63,685 bases of DNA, filler included, from Chiloscyllium plagiosum (GCF_004010195.1; 4 parts of one record of this genome joined end to end with filler, not necessarily neighbours in it), one strand, 5' to 3'. Shown: positions 23,887 to 37,420, numbered from the whole stretch's first letter. Notes: generated from the sequence alone by a model not told the origin. Program-made: numbers and translations.

Positions 23887-25597
23887 ATAGAGTCATAGAG
23901 ATGTACAGCATGGAAACATACCCTTCGGTCCAACCCGTCCATGCCGACCAGATATTCCAACATAATCTAGTCCCACCTGCCAGCGCCCGGCCCATGTCCC
24001 TCCAAACCCTTCCTATTCATATATCCATCCAAATGGCTCTTAAATCTTGCAATTGTACCAGCCTCCACCACATCCTCTGGCAGCTTATTCCATACACGTA
24101 CCACCCTCTGCATGAAAACGTTGCCCCTTAGGTCTCTTTTATATCTTTCCCCTCTCACCATAAACCTATGCCCTCTAGTTCTGGACTCCCCGATCCCAGG
24201 GAAAAGACTTTGCCTATTTATCCTATCCATGCCCCTCATAATTTTGTANNNNNNNNNNNNNNNNNNNNNNNNNNNNNNNNNNNNNNNNNNNNTTAATTAA
24301 TTAANNNNNNNNNNNNNNNNNNNNNNNNNNNNNNNNNNNNNNNNNNNNGCAAATCTCCCTGCCAGTATATTAGTCCCCTTCCAATTTAAGTGCAATCCAT
24401 CCTTCTTGTACAGGTCACTTCTACCCCAAAAGAGATTCCAATGGTCCAAAAATGTGAATCCTTCCCACATACACCAGCCCCTCAGCGATGCATTCATCTG
24501 CTCTATCCTCCTATTCCTGCCCTCACTAGCTCGTAGCACCAGGAGTAATCCAGATATTACTACCCTTGAGGAACTCCTTTTTAAATTTCTACCTATCTCT
24601 TTGTAATCTCCCTTCAGAATCTCAACCTTTTCCCTTCCTATGTCGTTGGTTCCAATGTGGACAATGACCTCTTGCTGGCCCCTCTACCCCATGAGAACAT
24701 TCTGCACCGTCTCTGAGATATCCTTGATCCTGGCACCAGGGAAGCAACACACCATTCTGCTTTTTCGCTACTGGCCACAGAAACGTCTGTCTGTACTCGG
24801 ACTCGAGAGTCCCCTAACACATTTGATCTCTTGGAACCCGACGTACCCCTCGTTGCATGAGAGCCAGTCTCAATACCAGAAACTTAGCTGTTTGTGCTAC
24901 GTTCCCCTGAGAATCCATCACCCCCAAAATTTTCCAAAACAGCATACCTGTTTGAAATGGGTATATCCACAAAAGACTCCTGCACTAGCTGCCTACCTCT
25001 GTTACCTTTCCTGGAGTTAACCCATCTATGTGACTGTATCTGAGACTTCCCCCCTTCCTATAACTGCCATCCATCACATACTGTTGCTGTTGCAAATTCC
25101 TTATCACTTCTAACTGTCTCTCCAAACGATCCACTCGATCTGATAAGATTTGCAGCCAAAAGCACTTATGGCAAAATAATCCACAGTAACCCTTAAACTC
25201 TCCCTAAACTCCCACATCGGACAAGAAGTACATATCACTCTATTAAAGGCCATTTTTGCTCCGTCATAATCTACAGACCCAGAAAATAACACCGTCTTAT
25301 TCCTCTACAAACACTGCCCCAGGTTAAATTAATAATTATGGCTTATATTTTAAGTTTAATCAAGAGACATATCTCCAAAGACATATAATCAAGAAAGAAC
25401 CTGCTCTACTCACTACTGCAGATTCTCTGTAGGCCACACTTAAAATAACAATTAACTTATCTGATTCTGTGCTGTGAACTTCGCCCAACAGTTCCTCCAA
25501 GATTAGTTGTGAATTTCATTGTTTGATAATTTTCCCAGATGCACTCCGATGTCCAGCGATATATAATTTTAAAGATCAGAGGCAGTAATTGTGCAGG

Positions 25598-25632
<35 letters not shown>

Positions 25633-25640
25633 CTGCAATG
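23887..25640 (-). mobile_element. CR1/HER1: 3' end (23887-24248), then 5' UTR and ORF1 (24349-25640), across a spacer gap
   Basis: ORF1 has CTSCPMWE (zinc knuckle), GDS, VHIGTND and DGLHLN (SGNH esterase). The 3' end has FMQRVVRVWNKLP. The middle is missing at the gap. Confidence 0.9.
24249..24348. other. Assembly gap with TTAATTAATTAA spacer (also 44179-44278 and 58902-59001)
   Basis: 44 N + TTAATTAATTAA + 44 N, identical at three sites: an artificial contig joiner with stops in all frames. Confidence 0.95.
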
Positions 25641-25731
25641 ATAGGTTTAGGGTGAGAGGAGAAAGATGTAATAGGGACTTGAGAAGCAACTTATTCATAC
25701 AGAGGGGTGGTACGTATATGGAATGAACTTA

Positions 25732-26012
25732 ACGAGTTTTGAGAAGATTTGTAGCTCAGGTTGAGGTTTTGGATGTAGGTTTGCTCGCTGAGCTGAAAGG
25801 TTCATTTCCAGAGGTTTCGTTACCTTACTAGGTAGCATCTTCAGTGGACCTCATGCAAAGCAATGCTGAAAATTCCTGCGTTCTATTCATATGTTTGGGT
25901 TTCTTTGAGCTGGTGATGTCATTTCCTGTGGTGAAGTCACTTCCTGTACTTTTTCTCAGGGGGTGGTAGATGGGGTCTAACTCGATGTGTTTGTTGATAG
26001 AGTTCCAACCGG
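25732..26012 (-). mobile_element. Penelope-like element 3' end with hammerhead (25811-25844, minus)
   Basis: Same family as 47793 and 61040. Minus strand cca-CTGAAGA-tgctacct agta aggtaac-GAAAC-CTC-tgg. Confidence 0.85.
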
Positions 26013-26384
26013 AACTCCCTCCTCATCTCTGGAATTTAATTCTTTTGTCCATGTTTGGACTAAATCTATAATAAATTCAGGAGCTGAGGAAATCTGGCAG
26101 AGCCCAAACTGAATGTCATGGACTGACTATTGTATCATTTTTAACATGTCCTAATCTAAACTTAATATTCAGAACTGGGGAAGGTACATAAACAACTGAG
26201 TATGTATCCAAACTCTGTCAGCAGATTGCCAGATGGCACTTCAGTGCTAAATCCCTTGCCAGCCTGGGTCTATTTCAGTTGGCATAAACAACCATTGTAG
26301 TGATGACAAATGTATTAAATACAGATTTTGGGCATTATGCAAAATATTGGCCACAATCTAGGCCACCGATATATTTAAAAGTTA

Positions 26385-26602
26385 AAATACTACAGATGCT
26401 GAAAATTTGAAAATAGCATAAGAAATGCTGGAAAAAAGTTTAGATCAGGCTGCATCTAATAGAAAGAGAAAGAGAGTTAATGTTTCAAGTCAATGATCTT
26501 TTTGCTTATTCTGACAGATGGTCATTAATCTGAAACATTCACTCTATTGCTGTCTCCACATGAGCTAACCTGCTTAGTATTTGCAGCTTTTTTGATTTTT
26601 TT
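26385..26602. mobile_element. Older palindromic PLE-tail element
   Basis: agagttaatgtttcaagtcaatgatc versus ggtcattaatctgaaacattcactct. Degenerate ctgacaga...gaaac. Confidence 0.6.
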
Positions 26603-26609
26603 AAAACAG

Positions 26610-27855
26610 ATTAGGTTTAGGGTGAGAGGGGAAAGGGACCTAAGGGGCTACTTTTTCACGCAGAGGGTGGTGTGTGTTTGGAATGAGCTGCCAGAGGAAG
26701 TGGTGGAGTCTCGTACAATTACAACATTAAAAGGCATCTGGATGGGCATATGAATAGGAAGCTTATAGAGTGCTGTCAAATGGGATAGATTAGGTTAGGA
26801 TTAATGGTGAGGTACTAGGGAGTGTTGCTGAAAAGGTAAGGTATTAGGGAGTGCAGGTTCATAGCTTTGAAAATAGAGACACAGGTAGATAGATTAGATT
26901 CTCTACAGCATGGAAATAGGCCCTTTGGGCCAACCAGTCCACACTGACCCTCCGAAGAGTAACCCACACAGACCCATTTCCCTCTGACTAACGCAGCTAA
27001 CACTATGGGCAATTTAGCATGGCCAATTCACCTAACCTGCACATCTTTGGACTGTGGGAGGAAACCAGAGCACCCAGAGGAAACCCGCAAAGACACAGGG
27101 AGAATGTGCATACTCCACACAGACAGTCGCCCAAGGCTAGAATCGAACCTGGGACCCTGGTGCTATGAGGCAGCAGTGCTAACCACTGAGCCACCATGCT
27201 GCCCATAGGATAGTGAAGACATTTCATATACTTTCCTTTATTGGTCAGAGTATTGATAACAGAGTTGGAGGTCATGTTACGGCTGTACAGGACATAGGTT
27301 AGGCCACTTTTGGAATATTGCATGCAGTTCTGATCTTCTTCCTATCGGAAGGATGGTATGAAACTTGAAAGGGTTCAGAAAAGAGTAACCAGGACGTTGC
27401 CAGTGTTGGAGGACTTGAGTTATAGGGAGAGGCTGAATAGGCTGGGGCTGTTTTCCCTCGAGTGTGGAGGCTGATGGGTGATCCTATACAGGTTTATAAA
27501 ATTATGAGGGGCATGGATGGGATAAATAGACAAAGTCTTTTCCCTGGGGTGAGGGAGTCCAGAACTAGAGGGCATAGGTTTAGGGTGAGGGGGGAAGATA
27601 TAAAAGAGGCCTAAGGAGCAACTCTTTCACACAGAGGGTGGTATGTGTATGGAATGAGCTGTCAGATTAAGTGGTGGAGACTAGTACAATTGCAACATTT
27701 AAAAGGCATCTGGATGGGTATATGAATAGGAAAGGTTTGGAGGGATATGGGCCGGGTGCTAGCAGGTGGGACTAGATTGGATTGGGATATCTGGTCAACA
27801 TGGAGGAGTTGGACCAAAGGGTCTGTTTCCATGCTCTACATCTCTATGACTCTAT
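26610..27855 (+). mobile_element. CR1/HER1 fragments with a nested HE1 SINE
   Basis: CR1 3' ORF2 and tail. The sequence caggtagatag|gatagtgaag is split by the SINE. Confidence 0.9.
26893..27205 (-). mobile_element. HE1-type V-SINE
   Basis: Reverse-complement V-domain and tRNA head; short atag duplication at the flanks. Confidence 0.92.
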
Positions 27856-28819
27856 ATTAGTAGAATTCAGTGTATCATATTACATTAGAAATGGATTCAA
27901 ATACCTGTTGTGCAGTTAAACAGCAATATATTGTTCACTGTCTTTGTGGTATTTTATGACTAGACCTTGAGAAAAAGATACAAGTAGCTTCTTGTGGAAC
28001 TGTATACAAAGAATGAAAAACCTGAAATGTTTGAGCTAGAAAAGTAAATTTGATATTACTTTCATTGGACCAGTAGAAGAGTCAAATAAGGGCAGCAATA
28101 AATGAGATAGAAACTAGAAAAGTGACTGCAATGGATAAGATGCCTAAAAAGTTGATCAAAAACATGCAAAAGAATAAAACATTAATGTTTACTAAGCAGT
28201 ATCAAGATATTTATGTATCAGGAGAAAGACAAGAGGACTTCAGGCAGACAATCATAGTCAGCCTAAGAAAGAAGGCAGAGACATACTGATGTTCTGACTT
28301 TCAGGCAAATAATTTGATTGCTCATGCAATGTTGTTTTGAGAGCTTGTAACTCATCCTTCCGTAAAAACATATTCCATTCACTAAGGCCAACACTTGAAA
28401 TCAAAAGCTTAATGCGGTGGCCAGTTTTGAGAAATTGGCCAGCATTCGACAGAGCATGGAAAATCTGACAAATACAATTTTTCAATATCCTAGTCAGGAG
28501 GCAGCTGACAAAGTCATCAGATCACATGATGTGTCGAAATGTAAATATACTGACAGGTTTGGAGCAATTGGATCTAAATGCAGCCCCACATTCCTTATAA
28601 ATGTTGATCCAATAGAACTTTTCTGACTAAAGTAAAACTGACTTGATGGGATCTTTCCCATTAAAACAACTTGATGAGTTAATAAACAATTCATATGACT
28701 GTAATACAGATTTGGTTAAGGCTTTTATCATAGATCTGATATTTATGTTGTTTTTAAGTGAAGTGTTTCTCACTATTGGTTTAGTAAGTAAACGTAGAAT
28801 AATATTGTCTTACCAAGCC

Positions 28820-28975
28820 ACAGGACTGCTCTATGAGAAAGATAACCAGTGGTGATTTAACCCAAGGATCACCACACTCCAGGCAATGGGAGAAGTTCAG
28901 AAGGAGAGTCCTCCATGGTAACCTCAGCAGCCAGCATTCTGCATTGCAGCTGTTCAGCCAACTGAGCTGACTGAC
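28820..28975 (-). mobile_element. tRNA-derived SINE (family C), internally deleted
   Basis: Matches 45425-45868 (ggtttaacc...gagaaggagagtc...aacctcagc...cagccaactgagct). Confidence 0.65.
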
Positions 28976-29629
28976 CTACTGACCTATTTGAGTAAACTGG
29001 AGAAACAGGCAACTTATAAGAAATCTAGAAATGGAGCCAACAGTGACTGTTGCCAATGGGGTGTCAGATCCCTGTGTAATTGGAAGAGGAGCCTAACAAG
29101 GTTGTTGCTTTTCATCAATCTTTAGTAATATCTGTACAGATGCAAAGCATTTGAAGACACAGAAGCTGCTGTTAAGATTGGGGTGCAGATGATAACCTTA
29201 GTTAGATTTATGGATGACATAGCACTTGAGGCAAGCACCAGCAAAAGAACTACAAAAACCAAATGACTGCTGGCAGGAACTTGGAATAAAAGTGAAAATT
29301 GACAAAACCAAAGTAGTGCATAGCTCAAAATCACTAAGAAATAGTTCTATATTCATTGAAAAAAGAGAACTAAAACAAGGTGCAAGATTGAAGTACTTAG
29401 GAAACATAAATTCTGCAGAATTTTTCCTTTCATGGCAGTTGCAGCTAACACAGTGTAGACCATTGTACCACATACAGATGGCTTGCACAACATCTGCTCA
29501 ATTATGTTATAAGGACATTAGCAATTGAATCCAGTTGTACTTACTTGAACATGTCTGCTTCTGTCTGTGCTTGTTTAGTTTCTGCAACTATATGTTTCAT
29601 CCATGGGTATCATGCAGAACCTTCATTAC

Positions 29630-29862
29630 TTCAATTTCAAAAGATCATTGACTCCCTAAAAGCAAGACAATCTATTGGAAATGATGGAATACCCATCAAG
29701 ATGCTCAACTATGGAAATCCCAACCTGTTGGCATATACCTAAAGTCCCCTTCTCCTTTTGTGGAGAAAAAGCATAACTTAGACTTCCTCAAGCATGGGAA
29801 AGTCAACCACCAACTCTAGCTGATTAATTGAACAGGCAGGAAAAACTACAAACTGACCTGCA
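29630..29862 (+). mobile_element. RTE-like LINE RT fragment, old
   Basis: IDSLKARQSIGNDGIPIKMLNYG resembles the LKxxKAxGxDGIPxE motif at the RT N-terminus. Confidence 0.5.
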
Positions 29863-30739
29863 NNNNNNNNNNNNNNNNNNNNNNNNNNNNNNNNNNNNNN
29901 NNNNNNNNNNNNNNNNNNNNNNNNNNNNNNNNNNNNNNNNNNNNNNNNNNNNNNNNNNNNNNNNNNNNNNNNNNNNNNNNNNNNNNNNNNNNNNNNNNNN
30001 NNNNNNNNNNNNNNNNNNNNNNNNNNNNNNNNNNNNNNNNNNNNNNNNNNNNNNNNNNNNNNNNNNNNNNNNNNNNNNNNNNNNNNNNNNNNNNNNNNNN
30101 NNNNNNNNNNNNNNNNNNNNNNNNNNNNNNNNNNNNNNNNNNNNNNNNNNNNNNNNNNNNNNNNNNNNNNNNNNNNNNNNNNNNNNNNNNNNNNNNNNNN
30201 NNNNNNNNNNNNNNNNNNNNNNNNNNNNNNNNNNNNNNNNNNNNNNNNNNNNNNNNNNNNNNNNNNNNNNNNNNNNNNNNNNNNNNNNNNNNNNNNNNNN
30301 NNNNNNNNNNNNNNNNNNNNNNNNNNNNNNNNNNNNNNNNNNNNNNNNNNNNNNNNNNNNNNAACTGCAACACTATCAGCTGCCACTCATATCACTTCCA
30401 TCATGTCCAGTTTCCATGGTAATGTGGAATATATTTTGTAATCTGCAAGTCACACCTTGCACACAATCTCCCCATTCTTGATGATAAGGAATATACGTTC
30501 TGACCCTTTTTAAATGATCTAAGAGACTGCCAGCTGGTTAGACGCAAGATCACCTCTCACAAGAACTCACAAAAGCTACACCTAAATGTGTGAGTCCTGC
30601 TGAAATTACCAGCATCTATTTGCATGTTTCTAAATAGACTTGGATGGTTTGGTCATGGACCTTTATTTTGAACAGTTGCAGTCTGAATTCTTCGTAATTG
30701 AATAATATGCCTGGACCATTGTAGAGGATGGTTGAAAGT

Positions 30740-32170
30740 CAACCATATTGGTGTAGGACAAAGCTAACGGCTCTGTATCTGAATGTATGTAGGATTTGAA
30801 ACCCAAGAAGAGGGAAAAAAAGTGCAACCCTATTGCCATTAGAGACATGACTGCAGGATGAAATAATTGAGAGCTGAATATTTAACTGTATGTGACATTG
30901 AGGAAGAAGATGAATCTATGTAGGGGTGGCTCTGTTAATAACTGATCATATTTAGCATAATAGATAGGAAAGACAGGAGTTCGGGAAACCTGGATGAAGT
31001 TTGGATGTGGATAAGGCAATAAGTTACAAGTAGGAATGGTATACTAGCCCCTTAACAATAATCTCATGATAGGTTTGTCAGAAAGTTATGGCAATAATTA
31101 TGGGGAATTTCAATCTATATGTAGACTGGAAAGATCAGATAGACAAAAGTAGCCTAAAATGAGAGTTCATATAATATTTTCAGTATAGTTTCTTGGAACC
31201 AGAGAACAGATTATACACGTCCCAGTATTTTGCAACAAGCTAGGATTAGTTAATAAACTCATGTTGAAGCATCCCCAGGGAGCAACAGCCACAATATGAT
31301 TGAATTTTATATTCAGAGAGAGAGAAGAGTTCTACAAGATTAGCATTTGAAAATTAAATTAAGACAATTATGAGTGGAGCTAGCTAAAGTGAGCGGGCAA
31401 CCTGGGTTAAAGTGTAGGTCAGTAGGGATGCAAAGGCAGATACTTAAGAGAATGTTTTAGAGTATACAGAATAAGTACATTCCAATGATTAAAAAATTCT
31501 GTACAATCACCATCTGTAGTCAACTAAAAAAGGTAGTATCAGATTTAAAGCATATAAATATGCAAGAGTGAGCTGTGTGTCAGAAGATAGGGTTGACTAT
31601 GAAAAAAGCAAAGAATGACTAAATGATTAATAAGGATGGAGAAAATTAATGTACAAGAAAATGTTAGCTGGAAATATCAAAATAGATTAACAAAGTGTGT
31701 TTTTGTCCTTGCACAGAAATTGAGTATGGGGAATAATAATGGAAAATAATGAGATAGAAGATTAATCAAACAGGTGTTTTGCATATTATGCATATTATCT
31801 AAATGGTGAGAGATTTCAGGGTTCTGAAGAATAGAGGGATCTGGGTATCCAAGTGAAAGAATTAACAAGGGTTAATATGCATGTCCAGCAAGTCATTACA
31901 AAATCAAATCGAATGTTATAATTTATTACAAGGGAATTGAATAGAAAAATAAGATGGTATGTTTCAGTTATAATGCACTGCTGACACCACATCTGGAGTA
32001 CTGGGTGCATTGCTGATCTCTTTCTAATTATGGAAATGTGTTGAAGTATATCAATAAAGGTTTATTAAACTAACACCTGAAATTGATGGGTTGTCTTGTG
32101 AGGAATGGTTGGTCTGCTGGAGTTGAGGGGACAGAAAGGCAACTTGTTTGAAACAAAAAAGATCATGAGG
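30740..32170 (+). mobile_element. Old, deleted CR1 ORF2 remnant
   Basis: IIMGNFNLYVDW (APE) at ~31095, SHNMIEF at ~31290, and a C-terminal PHLEYWVH-like segment at ~31985. Confidence 0.7.
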
Positions 32171-32240
32171 TAATACGGTCTGATTCTCTGTAGTTGAATT
32201 CGCAAGAAGTCATGTAGCTTTCAGGAGTTATACAGTCCAA

Positions 32241-33170
32241 GAGTCATAGAGTCAGACAGCATGAAAACAGATCCTTTGGTCCAACCAATCCATGCTGAAC
32301 ATAATCCCAAACTAAACTAATCCCACCTGCCTGCTCCTGGCCCATATCGCTCTGAACCTTTCCTATTCATGTATATATCCAAATATCTTTTAAACGTTGT
32401 AATGTACCTACCACTTCCACAGAAGGTTCACTTTACATATGAACCACCCGCTGTGTAAAACATTTGCCCCACAAGTCATTTTTAAATCTCTCTCATCTCA
32501 TCTTAAAAATGTGCTCCCTAATCTTGAAATCTCCCATCTTCGGGAAAGACAACTATCATTATCTCTACCTATACCTCTCATTATTTTACAAACTTCTACC
32601 AGAACTTCTGCCTCTCAACCTCCTATGCTCCAGTGACAAAGTCCCAGCCTATCCAGCTTTTCTGTATAACTCAAACCTTCCATACCAGGCAATATTCTGG
32701 AAAATCTCTTCTGAACCATCTCCAGCTTGATAATGTGCTTTCTATAACGGGGTGACCAGAATTGGACACAGTATTTCAGAAAAGGCCTCACTAATGTTAT
32801 GTCCAACCTCAACATGACTTCCCAACTCCTATACTCAAAGGACTGAGCAATAAAAGCAAGTGTGCCAAATGGCTTTTTAACCACCCTGTCTATATATGAT
32901 GAAACTTCAAAGAATTATGTACCTGCACCCCTAGGTCCCTCTGTTCTACAACACAATGCGCTATCATTGTATAAGCCCTACCCTTGTTTGTTGCACCAAA
33001 TTACAATACTTCGTGTTTATCCAGATTGAATTCCATCTGCCATTTTTCAGGCCATTCATCCATTTGAGCAAGGTCCCTTTGTAATCTTAGAAAACCTTCT
33101 TCACTGTTTACGATGCCACCACTTCTAGTGTCATCTGCAAACTTACTAACCACGCCTTCTACATTCATTT
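32241..33170 (-). mobile_element. CR1 3' part (RT end to tail)
   Basis: Minus KFADDT at ~33130 and FEYRSWEVMLRL...CVQFWSP. Tail (gactctat)n at 32241. Confidence 0.9.
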
Positions 33171-33359
33171 GTAACATTTCTTATATCGACATGAAAAGCA
33201 GATTAACTTTCTTACAAAATATGTAAGATAATTACACATTCATGACAAAGTGACACACTATTTATACACTGAGCTAGCTGTAAATGGAAGATTTTTTTTC
33301 CCTAATTGTGACATTTGTGAACCAATTCTCTTCTACAGCAATCTGAAAGTATTGTGGGT

Positions 33360-33480
33360 AGACAAAGCAGAGTTGATGTTTCAGGTTCAGTGACCTTTCT
33401 TCAGAAGGTTCTGAGTCAGACTTCCTGAGTTTTTTCAGTAATTTCTGTTTTCATTTTTGATTTCGAGCATCTTTTGGGTT
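33360..33480. mobile_element. Partial palindromic PLE tail with a minus-strand hammerhead (33375-33404)
   Basis: Minus strand CTGAAGA-a-AGGTc actg aACCT-GAAAC-ATC. Confidence 0.6.
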
Positions 33481-36137
33481 TTTTTTGGACAGTTTCATGG
33501 TTGCTTTTCCAATGCCAGGTTTTTGTTTTTGTTTTTGTTCAAACGTCAGAATTGAAATTGTCAGTGGATTTCGACCTCATATTCTCAGCATAAATGATTA
33601 GTCTTGGAATAAATCTCTTGTAACTCAACATTCATTTTTCAAACTTCCCTGAATTGCTGACTCAAACATAAAACAGAGCTGTCAGTGTCAGCTGATGCTG
33701 CAAACAGAAATAAATCTCTTTTTACATTAAAATTTAGTGCAATGAACAGTGTGGGTTTTGGACTCAACTTGGATTTTGTCAAAATCACCTCCTGGTGTCG
33801 TTGGCTCACAAATTCCACCTAAGTAAGGATTTACTGGAAACAGCAGCACAGGCATCACACTATAGAAACTTACTGTAAACTGGTTCCAAATCAGCTTGCA
33901 GACTTCAAATTATTAACGCAATTGTCCTGTAAATCATGGTCTCGATAATATCAAAGAACATTTTCTTGAATTATTGCTAGTTGTACATTAAAATATTACA
34001 TGCATAGTTCTTTCTTAAACTATTAATCACAGATTGAGGAAACACATTTCATTCTCCTTGCCTGGGTTGTCATTCTGATGGACCATAAAAGATTTGTACC
34101 ACTAACACATACTCCTGAAATAGCCAATAACAATAAAATGGCTTGCCAAAACAAGATCATGGTTCATGTGAATCACCTGCTAACATTCTGCTTGTCATTG
34201 GCTTAGACAAAAGTACAACCTCATAATTTGTTCCTCCTGTGAAGAGAATGAGCATCATATTTATTTCATTTAAAACTCTGTTAAACTTAGTTACATTACC
34301 ATAGTTCACAAACTGGGTCATAGCCTTATGAGATAATGATGAACCATCTGAAGAAATAATCACTGGTTTGGATTTTCCCAAACGAGTCTGAATAAAAGTG
34401 TTATTGAAAGAAGTTGATATAAGAAACATAGATCTAAACTGAAGAAGCAAATTATTTGTACATGGCCTTCATGAATAAACCTCTGTGTCAATTAGCAGAA
34501 GGAGGATTCTGTTCGTTTTGCTTTTGTAAAATTGCTACAGATATGAACTTTGATTATTTAGCTCTTCCTCATTTTTGACATTTCTCTAACTTAAGAAGAA
34601 TTGAATAGTTATTTTGCTTTTGTTTTGTGGTATGTTTAATTTATTTTCAGTGTTTGATAATAAACATTATGAGTTTACTTATGCAAACCCAGAATCTGAG
34701 AAGAGTAGGGGTCTGGAGTTTGCCTAATTAGGTGTGCACTCCTTACTTCCTTTAATATGCCTGTATTCAGACACTTAAACCTACACCAGATTAAACAATT
34801 TATTGGTAAGTATTGCAAGTTAAGGATTAGGTATTCTAAATCATTCGACTGACTAAATCCATTCACATAGAAATGGTTAGGGAAAATGTAATGCTGAGTG
34901 CGTCAACATTTAAAACAAAATTGAAAGCCAAGGCCTTGATGCTGGAAGTCTCAGAACTACTATCTGAGCTTTATGTTAATTGTTCTAGTTGGCAATATGC
35001 ATAATTACAAAAATCTTATGTACAAAACCTTGCATGAAATGAATACGGGTAATTTCCATTCAGTTCAGGTGCATGAAGCCAAACCTGTAAAAAAACATGA
35101 AACCAATTCTCCAATTTTCAGACTGCGACCCTGGCTTTGTGTGAAAATTGCCTTAATCTCCCACTATAATGTACATACAAGATCAACAGAACTCCTGAAG
35201 AAATAGTGTAAAAGATCATTTTCAGCTACTGGCACCAAAGAAATATCTCCCAGGGAGTCCTTATGCCAGGACTGGGGAAGAAGTAGAAAGTAGTATTATG
35301 AGGAAAGTTACTCTATGTGACTAGTTATTGGCCTTATTACTTATTCTGTCCATTCATGCAAAGTGGCAATCAGAAGATCATGAAGCCACACAGTAAAAAT
35401 CAACAGAAAATTGATCTGGCCTCAATGATGATCCTGGTACAAACATCTCTGACAAATATCTTTGATGATCACTGCACTAGTAAGTCTTGCAGACAGATGC
35501 TATTGATACATGGGGTGGTGGGACTAAGAGCTGTCATGGGCACAATGAGCTCCTCTGTGTTACATGATTCTATGCTGCAGAGAGTGAGGTAAGAAGCTCA
35601 CATCACCATCTACCTGTGATACACACAAATGTCCATGTAACAGAAAGTTGCCAGCCTCTGACTGGTTAATACCTCTCAGAACTGACATTCCTGTCTTACT
35701 GGAACTGACTCAAGGTCCAATACTGAGAGACTGGGCAGTAACTTCACCTGATTTTTGTGAAGTAAGCTGCATAAATTATGCAGAGTGAGCTCTGCCTAAT
35801 TTGGACCAGCAAGTAGTTGTGAGAAGGAGCACTAAGCTGCAGATGCTCTTTCAAGTTTACCAGTGCCTGCCTGGGACAAATCAAGGATGCAGGACAATCA
35901 TGTTTCCAAGTGGAGCTTTTGGAGTGCCACTGTGAAAATATTCAGTAAAGGAATTCTAGGATCTACAATACTTCCACCAGAACTTAATTTAATTTGTTTG
36001 CTACAGTCTACAGAATCATGTATCATATTTGATATAAAATTACATCAAATTCACAGTAAGACAGAAAAGCTGGTCTATGCTTGCCCTTATACTCTAGACA
36101 AGCTTCATCCCCATTCTAATTTCTTCTCTCCCGTGGA

Positions 36138-36822
36138 GTCACAGTCATACAGCACAGAAATAGACCCTTCACTCCAACTTGTCCATGCCAACCAGGTTTC
36201 TTAAACTGAACTAGCCTGATTTATCCCTTTAACTAGCCATATCCCTTTAAACGTTTCCTATCCATGTACCTGTTCAAATGTCTTTTAAATGTTATGATTG
36301 TACCTGTCTCTATCTTTTCCTCTGGCAGCTCGTTAAATATACTTCACTTTCTATGTGAACAAGTTGCCCCTGAGAACCCTTTTAAACTTTTCCCCTCTCA
36401 CCTTAAACCTATGCCCTCTAATTTTGGGGAAAAGACATTTTCAACTCACCTTACCTCTGCCGCTCATGATTTTATTAACTCTATAAGGTCACCCTTCAGC
36501 CTGCTATGCTCCAAGGAAAAAAAGTCCCAGCCTATCCAACCTCTCTTTATAACTCAAACTCTCCAGTCTCAGTTACATCCTTGTAAATCTTTTCTGCGCT
36601 CTTTTCAATTTAATAACATCCTTCCAATAACAGGGTGACCAGAATTATGTGCAGTACTCTAAAGGTGACCTTATCCCAACTCCTGTACTTAACATTCTCA
36701 CCAATGAAGGCAAGTGTGCCAAACACCTTCTTCACTGCCTTGTCTATTTGTGATGGTAAGGAACAATGTATCTGCACCCCTAGGCCTCTCTGTTTAACAA
36801 CACATCCCAAGGCCCTACCTTA
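36138..36822 (-). mobile_element. CR1 3' fragment
   Basis: Minus VKKVFGTLAFIGENVKYRSWD; CR1 tail at 36138. Confidence 0.85.
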
Positions 36823-36825
36823 ACA

Positions 36826-37420
36826 CCCACATCCTTTCCACAAAAAAGTCCCTGAGCTTCCATTTGCCTGCCAATTCAACACACCACCATGATATCTCAG
36901 TCTTGGGCTTGCTGAAGTGCTCCAGTGAAACTCACCATAAACTGGAAGAACAACATCTCGTTTTCCACTAGAGGACCCTGCAGCCTTCAGGACTCAGTAT
37001 CAAGTTCACTAATTTTAGGGCCTGAACATCTTCCCACATGTCCTTACCTCAAAAACCACACACCAAGCCACATGGACTACTACTACAAACAACCCATTGT
37101 CAGCTACTTATGGTCCCCATTAGCAAATACTGATTCTGCCAGGCTCACCATTAGCCATTATTTTGTCTGTCCAACTGTTGCCCTCTCTCTCTCTCTCTCT
37201 CTCCCTCTCTCTCTTCCCCCCCGGGCTTGATCTCCACCTGTCCTATATTCCTTCCCTCTGCCCCCTCCCCTAGCATGTACCTGTATATCAACTTTTTCTC
37301 AACTACAATCAGCTCTGAAAAAGGGTGACTAGACCTGAAACATTAACTCTGCTTTCTCCTCACTGATGCTGCAAGACCTGCTGATTTTCTCCAGCAATTC
37401 CTGTATTGATGTTTTGTTTG
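36826..37420 (+). mobile_element. Penelope-like element 3' end: GIY-YIG C-terminus, pyrimidine-rich UTR, hammerhead and tail
   Basis: PELPFACQFNT..DISVLGLLKCSSE..KLEEQHLVFH*RTLQPSGLSIKFTNFRA*. Hammerhead-like ctgaaaa-gggtgactagacct-gaaac-att at 37315-37344. Confidence 0.85.

Noticed and set aside
24293..24304. Recurrent palindrome TTAATTAATTAA (also 44223 and 58946)
   Set aside because: Always centred in exactly 44+44 Ns: an artificial scaffolding spacer, not biology.
24349..24830. GDSL/SGNH esterase-like coding sequence
   Set aside because: It is the normal ORF1 esterase of CR1 elements, frameshifted here, not a host gene.
29778..30481. Long ORFs of 175-217 aa
   Set aside because: N-gap artefact.
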